Positions 45,025 through 54,304 are shown, counted from the first letter of the stretch. The stretch is 57,361 nucleotides of DNA from Candidatus Azambacteria bacterium (GCA_003455995.1 DMPO01000003.1:37430-94790); one strand, 5' to 3'. Translations and numbers: made by a program. The notes: a model not told the origin generated them from the letters alone.

Positions 45025-45188
45025 CGCTCCTAATGACCTCGAGGCAATAAAGACGTAAAATTCAAATACTTCGTCTTTCCGGGGCCTTTCCTTGCTTGGG
45101 TAGCCCGGTTTCGGCTAGGTTATTACACAAATTGGTCCTATCCCTTCAAGCCTGCTTGAAGGACTATTGCCTCGAGATTATTAAGAAC
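45025..45188. ncRNA. Candidate structured RNA (about 165 nt) closed by a 25 bp helix; strand unresolved
   Basis: 45025..45049 pairs with 45164..45188. Internal hairpins: aagacg...cgtctt, tagcc-cggtttc-ggcta, ccttcaag-cctg-cttgaagg. Confidence 0.4.
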
Positions 45189-45190
45189 GA

Positions 45191-46846
45191 CTATCCCATT
45201 TTTCCCATTACCCTCTCCACCTCTTCAATCGTGGTGGTCCCATTTGTTATTTTTATAACTGCGTCTTGCGTCATGGTTACCATGCCGCTTTTCAGCGCCG
45301 ATTCCCTCAATTTGGCTTCGGTTGGTGATTCCAAAATCAGCCGTTCCACGGTATCGTCAACTTTGAATAATTCTACTATGGCGGCGCGTCCCAAATAACC
45401 ATTGTGGCAATTTTCACAACCGCGCGCTTCCAATATGGTGGTTCTTTCGTCAAATTTAAAATCAACTCTCGGCGGCAGATTGTTTAATATCTTTTTGAAA
45501 TTTTGGGTTTCCGCTTCGGTTAAAGGTCTTTTGGTCGCGCATTTTTTACAGACCGTTCGCAGAAGCCGTTGCGCCATCAGCAAGTTAATGGCGGGCGCGA
45601 TGACGGGCGGTTTTATCCCCAAATCAATCAGGCGGGGGATGGCGCCGATGGCATCGTTGGTATGCAGAGTGGAAAAAACAAGGTGTCCGGTGAGAGCGGC
45701 GTGGGCGGCAATTTCCGCCGTTTCGTAATCCCTAATTTCTCCAACCAGAATAACATCCGGATCCTGGCGGACAATGGATCTTAATCCATTTTCAAAAGTA
45801 TAGCCCTTGTCCGGTTCCACCTGGGTTTGGGATATCCCGTCGATGCGGTACTCGATAGGATCTTCAATGGTGATAATTTTAATATCGGAGGTCAGAATTT
45901 TTTTGATAAAGGCGTAAAGAGTGGTGGTTTTGCCGGAGCCGGTGGGGCCGGTGGTGAGAATCATGCCGGTCGGCCTTTGCAGTTCTTTATTGATAATTTC
46001 CAAATCATCTTCTCTTATCCCCAAACTATCCACATCAATTTTAATGACGCGAGGGTCCAGAATTCTCATGACGATATTTTCACCGTAGGCGCCGGGCAAT
46101 GCCGAGGTTCTTATTTCGATATTAATGTCGTCGGAGATGACGCTGAATCTGCCGTCTTGCGCTTTTTCGCGGATGTTTAATTTCAATCCCGACAACAATT
46201 TAATGCGGTTAAGCGCCAATGCGTAGACCTGTGGCGGCATTTGTATCACATCTTCCAAAACCCCGTCGAGGCGGAGCCGGATGCGAACCGTCGCCTCTTC
46301 CGGTTCCAAGTGAATATCCGAGGCCTTTAAAATCAGCGCGCCCGCTAAAAGTGCTTCTATAATCTGGGATGTTTTTGCTTCAAACAATCCTGCGATGGTT
46401 GTTTTTAGGTCTTTGACGCCAATGATTTGTTTTTGGAAATTCGATAGCAGGTTGTTTGAGATTTGCACCTGTCCGGTTATTTCCTTATCCAATTCCGGCG
46501 GCGGGTAGTGGGATAGCGCTTTTTTTAATCCCGTTTCCGAAACGATAAAAATTTTTATCGAATAGCCGGCGACTTGCAGTTCCTTGATTAACAATCTGGC
46601 GGCGGGATTTTCCGGGTCCGAAACGGCAAGACGCAATGTCTTGGCTTCTATGTTTATGGCAGCGGCATTGGCCTTCTCCGCCTTTTCCCGAGGGATCAAT
46701 TTTAGGGCGTCAGTTTCAATTGGGATGAAAGCCAGATCAAGATAGGGAAAATTCATTTTTTCCGCTAAAAGCTTCGCCCGCGCTTCTTCTTCCCGGCGAC
46801 GAACTTTTATCAGCAGATCTTCTTGTTTTTCTTCCCCCTTGAACAT
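45191..46846 (-). CDS. PilB/GspE-family type II/IV secretion ATPase
   Basis: GPTGSGKTTTL, Asp/His boxes, and a C-terminal CKKC...CENC zinc motif. Confidence 0.9.
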   Translation of the reverse strand: MFKGEEKQEDLLIKVRRREEEARAKLLAEKMNFPYLDLAFIPIETDALKLIPREKAEKANAAAINIEAKTLRLAVSDPENPAARLLIKELQVAGYSIKIFIVSETGLKKALSHYPPPELDKEITGQVQISNNLLSNFQKQIIGVKDLKTTIAGLFEAKTSQIIEALLAGALILKASDIHLEPEEATVRIRLRLDGVLEDVIQMPPQVYALALNRIKLLSGLKLNIREKAQDGRFSVISDDINIEIRTSALPGAYGENIVMRILDPRVIKIDVDSLGIREDDLEIINKELQRPTGMILTTGPTGSGKTTTLYAFIKKILTSDIKIITIEDPIEYRIDGISQTQVEPDKGYTFENGLRSIVRQDPDVILVGEIRDYETAEIAAHAALTGHLVFSTLHTNDAIGAIPRLIDLGIKPPVIAPAINLLMAQRLLRTVCKKCATKRPLTEAETQNFKKILNNLPPRVDFKFDERTTILEARGCENCHNGYLGRAAIVELFKVDDTVERLILESPTEAKLRESALKSGMVTMTQDAVIKITNGTTTIEEVERVMGKMG

Positions 46847-46888
46847 AGTGGTATATTGGCAATATTAAGAGTGGGGAGTCAAATTTTT

Positions 46889-46897
46889 TGTGGATAA
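46889..46897 (+). promoter_or_regulatory. Perfect DnaA-box 9-mer 21 nt upstream of a promoter
   Basis: Exact TGTGGATAA. Confidence 0.4.
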
Positions 46898-46917
46898 GTT
46901 GTTGAAAATAAGTGAAT

Positions 46918-46946
46918 TTGACAAATGAATTACTTAAGCGTATAAT
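46918..46946 (+). promoter_or_regulatory. Perfect consensus promoter TTGACA-17-TATAAT for 47005..47340
   Basis: Hexamers and the 17 nt spacer were read directly. Confidence 0.65.
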
Positions 46947-47004
46947 ATAAACATTGAAATTTGATGTTTGAAAACTAACAATATAGAGAAGAAAGGAGGT
47001 TTTT

Positions 47005-47340
47005 ATGAAAAAGACAATTTGCGTTTTTTTAGTTGTTTGTTTTTTTATCGCGGCGACTTCTAAGCCGGCTCGCGCCGATGGGTTTTCCGTCGGGGCGGCG
47101 CTGTTGGGTGGATTTTTGATCGGCACCATCTGGGCGCCGAGAGTGGTAACTGGGCCACCAATGATCCACGGGCCGGCGGTTCAATACCACTATCCGCAGC
47201 CGCAATATCGCGGTGGATATTACGCCGCGCCGCCCCCACCGTACTATGCGCCGCCTCCGGCGCGCTATGTGCCAGAACCGACAACGGTTTGCGCGCAGGA
47301 CATTTACGGCAATATAAATTGCCGGACAATTCAATATTAG
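47005..47340 (+). CDS. Small secreted P/Y-rich protein
   Basis: Signal peptide ...SKPARADG. AGGAGG SD. Terminator ggcgc-ttc-gcgcc-tttttt at 47341..47360. Confidence 0.6.
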   Translation: MKKTICVFLVVCFFIAATSKPARADGFSVGAALLGGFLIGTIWAPRVVTGPPMIHGPAVQYHYPQPQYRGGYYAAPPPPYYAPPPARYVPEPTTVCAQDIYGNINCRTIQY

Positions 47341-47397
47341 GGCGCTTCGCGCCCTTTTTTATTTTGCCGTGATTATGCTATTATCAAAATAGGATTT

Positions 47398-47557
47398 TTT
47401 GAGTTGGTTCGAATTCAAAGAAAATTGGGAGAATTTATAGGTAAAAAAGTCGATCTTTTAACTCCGCAATCGCTGAGTAAGTTTTTTAGGGAAAAAGTAC
47501 TGGCGGAAGCGGAAGATATTTATGAAGGATGATCTTATTTATTTAAAGCACATTTAG
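47398..47557 (+). pseudogene. Decayed MNT-type nucleotidyltransferase / HEPN(DUF86) toxin-antitoxin remnant
   Basis: The frame ending at 47532 encodes ...LVRIQRKLGEFIGKKVDLLTPQSLSKFFREKVLAEAEDIYEG with no start codon or catalytic N-terminus. The overlapping ATGA is followed by MKDDLIYLKHI and then a stop (47522..47557). Confidence 0.5.
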
Positions 47558-47598
47558 GGAAGTAACTTGCAATAAAAATTACAAACTTAAATAAAACA

Positions 47599-48174
47599 AT
47601 GAAAACTACAATATTGATTATTATCGGAATTTTAATATTGAGTAGTATTTCGTACGGCTCTTACTATTGGTGGCCGAAAGACGAAACCGCTAACTGGCAG
47701 ACATATAAAAATGAGCAATATGGATTTGAAGTGAAATATCAGAAAAATAAATTTGCTAACTGTGGCCCCGATAAGATAGACCCGGAGATTTTTAGTCTTT
47801 TTCCATCCGACGAAATGGATGAGATAAAGTATTGTGAGAGTATTAATAACACAGACACATTTTCTGAAATCGTTATGGAAATTGTAAAAATAGATGGTGT
47901 TGTGACAAAAAGTGGCCAGCGAATTATTCAGTATCAGAATGGATTAAATAGAAGCCCTCTTTCATCGAAAGAAATTATCGTTGGTAATCTAAAAATAGCA
48001 GAGAAAAGTTATGAATTTACAGAACAAGACGGCCCGCTTGCTCAATTAAAAGGATATCAAGAGGTAATGATAGACAATGGAAAAATCACAATAGTAGCGA
48101 CTCACTTGGGGGTGAATGAATCGGGCGTTAAATTATTTGAGCAAATCCTTTCCACTTTCAAATTCACGAAATAA
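47599..48174 (+). CDS. Secreted or anchored hypothetical protein
   Basis: 191 aa with an N-terminal hydrophobic helix. Confidence 0.5.
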   Translation: MKTTILIIIGILILSSISYGSYYWWPKDETANWQTYKNEQYGFEVKYQKNKFANCGPDKIDPEIFSLFPSDEMDEIKYCESINNTDTFSEIVMEIVKIDGVVTKSGQRIIQYQNGLNRSPLSSKEIIVGNLKIAEKSYEFTEQDGPLAQLKGYQEVMIDNGKITIVATHLGVNESGVKLFEQILSTFKFTK

Positions 48175-48240
48175 ATAAAGATTTTGAAATTTATTTAGAT
48201 GCTTTACTTTAAGCAGGGGGCTTGTTACAGTATAGGCACT

Positions 48241-48465
48241 ATGAGTAATTACCATTTCTCAATTATTGTTGAACAAGATAGTGACGGTTATTTTGTTTTT
48301 TGCCCGGAGTTACAAGGTTGCTGCAGCCAAGGAGAGACATACGAAGAGGCGGTTCAAAATATAAAAGACGCTATTAAATTGCATATCGCGGATCGGCTTA
48401 CCAATAGGGAAGAATTGCCGGAGACAAAATCCATTAGTTTATCCACCGTGGAAGTAGCGATTTGA
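48241..48465 (+). CDS. hicB: HicB-family antitoxin
   Basis: MSNYHFSIIVEQDSDGYFVFCPELQGCCSQGETYEEAVQNIKDAI. Confidence 0.65.
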   Translation: MSNYHFSIIVEQDSDGYFVFCPELQGCCSQGETYEEAVQNIKDAIKLHIADRLTNREELPETKSISLSTVEVAI

Positions 48466-48466
48466 A

Positions 48467-48676
48467 ATGTCTGGACTCCCCAAGGTAACAGCCAAAGAAA
48501 TAATAGCCGCGCTTGAAAAAGCCGGTTTTATTTTTTCCCGTCAAAGCGGCAGCCATAAAATATACAAAAATACCAAGGGCATTCGGGCAACCGTGCCATT
48601 TCATGGCAGTAAAATTTTACATCCGAAAATTATCAAAAGAATTTTAGACGATACCGGAATTGAAATTGAGAAATAA
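48467..48676 (+). CDS. hicA: HicA-family toxin
   Basis: KVTAKEIIAALEKAGFIFSRQSGSHKIYKN. Confidence 0.65.
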   Translation: MSGLPKVTAKEIIAALEKAGFIFSRQSGSHKIYKNTKGIRATVPFHGSKILHPKIIKRILDDTGIEIEK

Positions 48677-48830
48677 CAAAGACGGAGTTGTGGATGGTTC
48701 GTGTTTTTCTTTATCTTAGTTTGTGCGCTGTTTAATGCTATTTCAACGATCGTCCGAATAGCATTAAGACCAATAGAATAAAAAAACCGCCCTTTTTAAT
48801 TTTGGGTTTATTTGCTACGATGGAGGCAAT

Positions 48831-49301
48831 ATGGAAACGACGCAAGCGGTGGAAATAATCACCAAATCGGCGGAAGAAACGAAAAAGGCGGGAGTTGCCT
48901 TGGCAAGATCACTTGCGAAAGAACCGATTAAAATAGGGCGGGCGATGGTCATCGCTTTTGAAGGCGATTTGGGCGCCGGCAAGACCTCGTTTATTCAGGG
49001 CTTCGCCCGAGGATTGGGAGTAAAAGAAAGCGTTTTGAGTCCGACATTTGTTATACAAAAAGATTTTTCTATCGCACTGAGTAGATACAAGAATTTTTAT
49101 CATATCGACGCCTATCGTCTAAAGAATCCAGAAGAACTTCTTGAATTGGGGTTTGAAGATATTATTAAAAATCCGGAAAATATTGTCGCCATCGAATGGG
49201 CGGATAAAGTGAGAACAATACTGCCGCGCGAAATTTTAAAAATAGAATTAGAGAATTTGGGAGCAAACAAAAGAAAAATTGCCATAGTAACAGAATATTA
49301 A
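48831..49301 (+). CDS. tsaE: tRNA t6A biosynthesis ATPase TsaE
   Basis: FEGDLGAGKTSFIQGFARGLG ... HIDAYRL. Confidence 0.85.
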   Translation: METTQAVEIITKSAEETKKAGVALARSLAKEPIKIGRAMVIAFEGDLGAGKTSFIQGFARGLGVKESVLSPTFVIQKDFSIALSRYKNFYHIDAYRLKNPEELLELGFEDIIKNPENIVAIEWADKVRTILPREILKIELENLGANKRKIAIVTEY

Positions 49302-49445
49302 AAACAATATAAATCATTTTTCTCGCGCGCTCGGTCGCCCAGCGGCTTCCTCGCTGTCCGATGAAGCTCATTTTGCTTCGCCAAGGCGGAGACCATGCCA
49401 AAATGGCTTCATAAGCTTCGGAAAATAATTTATATTATTTTTTTA
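49301..49445 (+). mobile_element. MITE-like element, copy C (subfamily 2)
   Basis: Inverted ends AAAACAATATAAATCATTTTTC / GAAAATAATTTATATTATTTT. The core ttttgcttcgccaaggcggagaccatgccaaaatggc is shared with subfamily 1. Confidence 0.65.
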
Positions 49446-49452
49446 TAAAACC

Positions 49453-52116
49453 ATGAAAAAATTCATTTTAATCGACGCTTACGCTCTGATCCATCGCGCG
49501 TATCACGCTTTGCCGCCGCTGACGGCCAAGGGCGGCGAGATGGTGAACGCCGTTTTTGGTTTTTCTTCCATTTTGATTAAAACCATCAATGAATTTAAGC
49601 CCGACTACATGGCCGCCGCTTTTGATATGGCCGAGCCGACTTTTCGCCACAAAGAATATAAAGAATACAAGGCCAAAAGGCCCGAAGCGCCGCCGGATTT
49701 ATACGCTCAAATTCCGCGAGTGAAAGAAATTCTTAAAGCGTTTGGGATTCCGACTTATGAAAAATCCGGCTACGAGGCGGATGACATCATCGGCACCATA
49801 GTTAAAAAACTGGAAAACAACAAAGATGTTGAAATCTTAATCCTCACCGGCGACATGGACACGCTTCAACTTGTTGGTAAGGGCGTCAAGGTCTTTACGC
49901 CGAAGCGCGGTTTGAGCGATCCAATTCTTTACGATGAAAAGAAAGTTATGGAAAGATTTGGGGGGCTGAAGCCGGATCAGTTGAACGATTTTAAAGGTCT
50001 GAAGGGCGACCCGTCGGATAACATCCCCGGCGTTAAAGGTATTGGAGAAAAAACCGCCATTAGTTTATTTAATCGCTATCAGACGCTTGAGGGACTTTAT
50101 AAAGCGATAGACGATAATGAAATTGAGGGCGTCAGTGACTCTGTGGTGGAAAAATTGCAAAACGACAAGAAGATGGCTATTTTTTCAAAAAAACTTTCGA
50201 CTCTTGATAGGGATGTCGCCATTACATTCAGTTTGGAAAAAAATAAGTTTGATAAATCGGGCAAGGTTAAAAATAAAGCCGCCGAAGCATTCAGGGAATT
50301 GGGGTTTGTCAGTTTGATTGAGAGATTGAAGCCCGCCGGCGAGCAGGGGTCGTTGCCGATGTCGGAAAAAAAACAGGCGCGCATCGCATACAAAAAAATT
50401 CCTCAGGATTTAAGTTTTATAAAACTGAATGACGAACTGAAAAATAATCAAGAAATTTTTTTATCTTACAAACTTCAAGAAAACGGCAACTTGGAGTCGC
50501 TGGCGATGGGCGATGGCGAAAGCGTTTATGTTCTGGACAATAATTTTTCGAGTGTAGCGAAAATTTTATCCGACAAAAAAATCAAAAAAGTCGGATGCGA
50601 TTTCAAACCGCTTATTAAAGCGCTATGGCAGGAAAATATTAATTTGGAAGGAGTGGAATTTGATGCCGCCATTGCGACCTATGTTTTGAATCCGGGCGAG
50701 CGCGACTATGGAATCGCGAAATTAGCTCTCAAAGAATTCGGAGAATCGGTTGCGGATGATTCCGATGAGGATCTGGCGCTTCAAATAGGTATTTTAAGGC
50801 GATTGAAACCGATTCTGTCGGCGCGTCTTGAGGAAACCGAAACCCGATATATTTTTGAAGAAATCGAAATGCCCCTGATTCCAGTTTTGGCAAAAATGGA
50901 AGAGATTGGCGTTAAAATTGACGGGAAAAAATTGAATAAAATCAGCAAACAATTAGAAGGTGGATTGGCGATGCTGGAAAAAGAAATATATGAATCGGCC
51001 GGAGAAGAATTTAACATAAATTCTCCGAAACAGATGGCGGAAATTCTTTTTGAAAAATTGAAAATTACGGGATCGATGAAAGGCGGGCGGATAAAAAAGA
51101 CGCCCGGCGGCGCGCTTTCAACCAATGCCGGAGAATTGGAAAAAATGAAAGGCCGGCACAAAATTATCGAATATATTTTAAATTATCGCGAACTGGCGAA
51201 ATTGAAGTCAACTTATGCCGACGCATTACCTGCATTAATGGATAAAAAGGGTCGCATTCACACCACCTACAATCAAATGGGGACGGCGACCGGCCGCCTT
51301 TCCAGTCAAGATCCGAATCTACAAAACATTCCGGCCCATGGCGGTTTTGGCGACGAAATTAGAGAAACATTTATAGCCGAGTCGGGGTATCAGTTTGTTT
51401 CCATCGATTATTCTCAAATCCAATTAAGAATTATCGCCGCTCTGGCCGACGACTCAAAAATGATCGAGGCATTTGCCAAAGGATTGGATATCCACAAATT
51501 TACGGCGGCGGAAATAAATAATGTCGCGCTGGACAAGGTGACTCCGGAAATGCGTTTTGCCGCCAAGGAACTTAATTTTGGCATCATTTTCGGCATGGGC
51601 GGCCAGAGTTTTTCGGAATCGGCCCGTATTAGTCGGGAACAGGCGGATAAATTCATCGGCGAATATTTGAGGGATTTTTCCGGTGTCGCCCAATATATGG
51701 AAAAATTAAAAGCCGACGCGCGCCAAAACGGTTTTGCAGTCACTTTTCTGGGCCGCCGCCGCTATTTGCCGGAACTGAATTCTCCCAATTATAGGTTGCG
51801 CTCCCAAGCGGAAAGAATAGCGGTTAATATGCCGATTCAAGGACTTGAGGCCGATATTATAAAGAAGGCGATGACGGCAATTGATCGGTGGGCGCGAAAA
51901 GAAAATTTTGGCGACAACTTCAAGATGTTGCTGCAGGTTCATGACGAATTGCTGTTTGAAGTCAAGGAAAATTTGATTGCAAAAGTAACGCCGAAAATTA
52001 TGGCACTAATGGAAGGCGTAATAAAATTAAAAGCGCCCATTACCGCCGAAGCAAAAAGCGGCGGCAATTGGGCGGAACTACATGCCCGAACTTCCAGAAG
52101 TACAAACAATCGTTAA
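49453..52116 (+). CDS. polA: DNA polymerase I
   Basis: 5'-nuclease N-terminus, then polymerase motifs DYSQIQLRI and QVHDELLFE. Confidence 0.95.
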   Translation: MKKFILIDAYALIHRAYHALPPLTAKGGEMVNAVFGFSSILIKTINEFKPDYMAAAFDMAEPTFRHKEYKEYKAKRPEAPPDLYAQIPRVKEILKAFGIPTYEKSGYEADDIIGTIVKKLENNKDVEILILTGDMDTLQLVGKGVKVFTPKRGLSDPILYDEKKVMERFGGLKPDQLNDFKGLKGDPSDNIPGVKGIGEKTAISLFNRYQTLEGLYKAIDDNEIEGVSDSVVEKLQNDKKMAIFSKKLSTLDRDVAITFSLEKNKFDKSGKVKNKAAEAFRELGFVSLIERLKPAGEQGSLPMSEKKQARIAYKKIPQDLSFIKLNDELKNNQEIFLSYKLQENGNLESLAMGDGESVYVLDNNFSSVAKILSDKKIKKVGCDFKPLIKALWQENINLEGVEFDAAIATYVLNPGERDYGIAKLALKEFGESVADDSDEDLALQIGILRRLKPILSARLEETETRYIFEEIEMPLIPVLAKMEEIGVKIDGKKLNKISKQLEGGLAMLEKEIYESAGEEFNINSPKQMAEILFEKLKITGSMKGGRIKKTPGGALSTNAGELEKMKGRHKIIEYILNYRELAKLKSTYADALPALMDKKGRIHTTYNQMGTATGRLSSQDPNLQNIPAHGGFGDEIRETFIAESGYQFVSIDYSQIQLRIIAALADDSKMIEAFAKGLDIHKFTAAEINNVALDKVTPEMRFAAKELNFGIIFGMGGQSFSESARISREQADKFIGEYLRDFSGVAQYMEKLKADARQNGFAVTFLGRRRYLPELNSPNYRLRSQAERIAVNMPIQGLEADIIKKAMTAIDRWARKENFGDNFKMLLQVHDELLFEVKENLIAKVTPKIMALMEGVIKLKAPITAEAKSGGNWAELHARTSRSTNNR

Positions 52117-52957
52117 CGATTTAAACAAGAAAGTTAAGGGCTCGACTATAACCAATGTTATGACTGATTGGCCGAAATCATTCTGGCGTTCACCGGGCGG
52201 TTTCAATGGTTTTAGAAAGGAAGTGAAGGGGAGGAAAATAATCAAGATTTGGAGAATCGGAAAAAATATAATTTTTGATTTATCCGGAAATGAGGAAATG
52301 CTTATCCACCAAAAAATGACAGGACATCTTCTTGTTGGGGAATGGGAAAGGCGAGACGGAAAATGGGTGTCAAAACAAAAAGGGGCGTTGGCGGAAAAAG
52401 TAAACAGTTATATCCGCGCCATGTTTTTCTTGTCTAAGGGCAAGATGATAGCATTTTCCGACATGAGGAAATTCGGGAAAATTTTAGCGGTTAAAAAAGA
52501 AGATTTTAAAAATCTTGAAGATGTGAAAAATATCGGGCCCGATCCATTAACGATCAAGTTTAATGAGTTTAAGAGTTTAATCAGTAAAAAACGGGGACCG
52601 ATCAAGAAAATCTTAATGGACCAGAATATCGTTTCCGGCATCGGCAACATCTATGCCGACGAGATTTTATTTGTCGCCGGAATCCATCCCCTTGTCAAAA
52701 CGGAAAAATTAAATAACGAAAAATTAAAGCGAATTTTTAACGCCGGTAAAAAAATTCTTAAAAAGGCGGTAAAATTGCGGGGGACTTCCACCTACGACTA
52801 TCGAGATACGGCCGGCAAGCCGGGCCATTATGGAGAGGCGCGGTTGGTTTATCAAAGGACGGGCGCCAGATGCCCCAATCGATGCGGCGGCATAATTGAA
52901 AAAGTTAAAATTGGCCAGCGATCGGCGCATTTTTGCCCCGCCTGCCAAAAGTTATGA
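52082..52957 (+). CDS. mutM: Formamidopyrimidine-DNA glycosylase
   Basis: MPELPEV N-terminus and a C-terminal zinc finger CPNRCGG...CPACQ. Overlaps polA by 35 nt. Confidence 0.9.
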   Translation: MPELPEVQTIVNDLNKKVKGSTITNVMTDWPKSFWRSPGGFNGFRKEVKGRKIIKIWRIGKNIIFDLSGNEEMLIHQKMTGHLLVGEWERRDGKWVSKQKGALAEKVNSYIRAMFFLSKGKMIAFSDMRKFGKILAVKKEDFKNLEDVKNIGPDPLTIKFNEFKSLISKKRGPIKKILMDQNIVSGIGNIYADEILFVAGIHPLVKTEKLNNEKLKRIFNAGKKILKKAVKLRGTSTYDYRDTAGKPGHYGEARLVYQRTGARCPNRCGGIIEKVKIGQRSAHFCPACQKL

Positions 52958-53880
52958 TAATATTTTTATACGGCGAAGATTCTTATAGAATCAACCAAAA
53001 AATCAAGGAAATAGTAAAAGGATATGAAGCCAAAAATCCTAGCGGTTTTAATTTGGCTGAGATTGATTTAGAAGAAAGTAAGATAGATGATTTTTTTGAA
53101 ACAGCCAGAGCGGGCTCGCTAATTCCAGAAAAAAAATTGATTATTTTAAAAAACATATTCTCCGCCGACTCGGAAAAGATTTTAGAATTTTTCCAGCCAA
53201 AGCAGGCGCCTTTGGCGGATAAATTCCAAGATATAATTTTTCTTATTATTCATTTTGGCGGCTCCAATAAAGATAAACTTTTTGAATATCTTACCGCCAA
53301 GCCGAATCAATCCCAGAATTTCAAAATACTGAAAGAATACGAGATTAAGTCATGGGCGCGGCAATTCGCCAATTCTTTGGATATAGATTTCGCGAGCGAC
53401 GCGATTGATTTTTTGGTGGCCAATCGCGGCGCCGATCTTTGGCGGCTTGATTCGGAAATCAGAAAATTGGCAGATTACAAAGTGAAAGGTGTTTTGAGCA
53501 AATCGCAGGTTGAAGAATTGGCGGCGGCCGGCGCCGATTACAAAGTTTTTGAATTAACCGACGCCATGGCCAGAAAGGATAAGAAAAAAGCGCTAGCGGC
53601 GCTTTACAAAACATTGGATGGCGGTGAAAAACCAACGGAAATGCTGGGTTTGCTGGCCTGGCAGGTCAGAAACCTTTTAAGATTTAAGATGAATCCGAAT
53701 AATCCGGCGGAACTAAAACTCCATCCCTTTGTTTTGGAAAAAACAAAAACCGCGGCAAAATTATTTTCCATTGAAGAACTGAAAACAATTTTGTCGCGGA
53801 TTATTGATTTGGATTTAACGCTCAAAACCAGTGACTCCGACGCCAAGACCGCGCTATCCCTTTTAATTGCGGAATTGTAG
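52954..53880 (+). CDS. holA: DNA polymerase III delta subunit
   Basis: MIIFLYGEDSYRI.... Length and helical C-terminus fit. ATGA overlap with mutM. Confidence 0.7.
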   Translation: MIIFLYGEDSYRINQKIKEIVKGYEAKNPSGFNLAEIDLEESKIDDFFETARAGSLIPEKKLIILKNIFSADSEKILEFFQPKQAPLADKFQDIIFLIIHFGGSNKDKLFEYLTAKPNQSQNFKILKEYEIKSWARQFANSLDIDFASDAIDFLVANRGADLWRLDSEIRKLADYKVKGVLSKSQVEELAAAGADYKVFELTDAMARKDKKKALAALYKTLDGGEKPTEMLGLLAWQVRNLLRFKMNPNNPAELKLHPFVLEKTKTAAKLFSIEELKTILSRIIDLDLTLKTSDSDAKTALSLLIAEL

Positions 53881-53894
53881 AAAATTAGTATTAT

Positions 53895-54037
53895 AAAATC
53901 CCAAATTTTGTTTTCTCCGAAACATGTCGCCTCGCTCCAGCGGCTCGGCGCATTCACTCTCGCGATTTTGCCCCGCCAAGGCGGGGACCAATCCAAAATC
54001 GCCCCGAGAGTTCTGCGAAAACAAAATTTGGGATTTT
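53895..54037 (+). mobile_element. MITE-like element, copy B (subfamily 1)
   Basis: Perfect 21 bp terminal inverted repeats AAAATCCCAAATTTTGTTTTC / GAAAACAAAATTTGGGATTTT. Internal hairpin ccccgcc-aa-ggcgggg. Confidence 0.75.
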
Positions 54038-54043
54038 ATTTTT

Positions 54044-54304
54044 CTACAGTTTATTAACCGTTTTGGTTAAGCGTGATTTCATTCTTGACGCGGTGTTTTT
54101 CTTGATGAGATTGTTTTTTGCCGCTTTGTCCAGCGCTTTGTAAACCTTCGGCAACGCTTCGCCGGCGCCTTTTTTGTCTTTGGCGATCACCAGTTTTTTC
54201 AGCGATTTTACTTCGTCTTTAAGCGATCGCGATTGCTTCACATTTCTGATGTGACGCCTTTTGTTTTGTCTTAGGGCCTTTTCGGCCGATTTTGTTATTG
54301 GCAT
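54044..54304 (-). CDS. rpsT: 30S ribosomal protein S20
   Basis: MPITKSAEKALRQNKRRHIRN.... Confidence 0.9.
   Translation of the reverse strand: MPITKSAEKALRQNKRRHIRNVKQSRSLKDEVKSLKKLVIAKDKKGAGEALPKVYKALDKAAKNNLIKKNTASRMKSRLTKTVNKL

Noticed and set aside
45025-45188. Possible SRP (4.5S) RNA, 6S RNA or riboswitch identity for the structured element (it contains UGUAAU and AGCAAGGAAAGG on the minus strand).
   Set aside because: It has no GNRA-capped domain IV helix with the conserved symmetric loop. It has no 6S-like central bubble architecture. It matches no riboswitch core I can recognise. It is therefore kept only as an unclassified candidate.
45096-45398. 100 aa plus-strand ORF downstream of the orphan promoter.
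   Set aside because: It is mostly antisense to the well-supported PilB/GspE gene, has no SD, and starts inside the structured element.
49165-49401. Track ORFs across the repeat elements (49165..49401, 53604..53996) that share an MxWSPPWR start, which could suggest a small conserved protein.
   Set aside because: The shared residues derive from the conserved hairpin core. A 1-nt difference shifts the frame between copies (A versus B). There is no SD, and the ORFs extend antisense into neighbouring genes.
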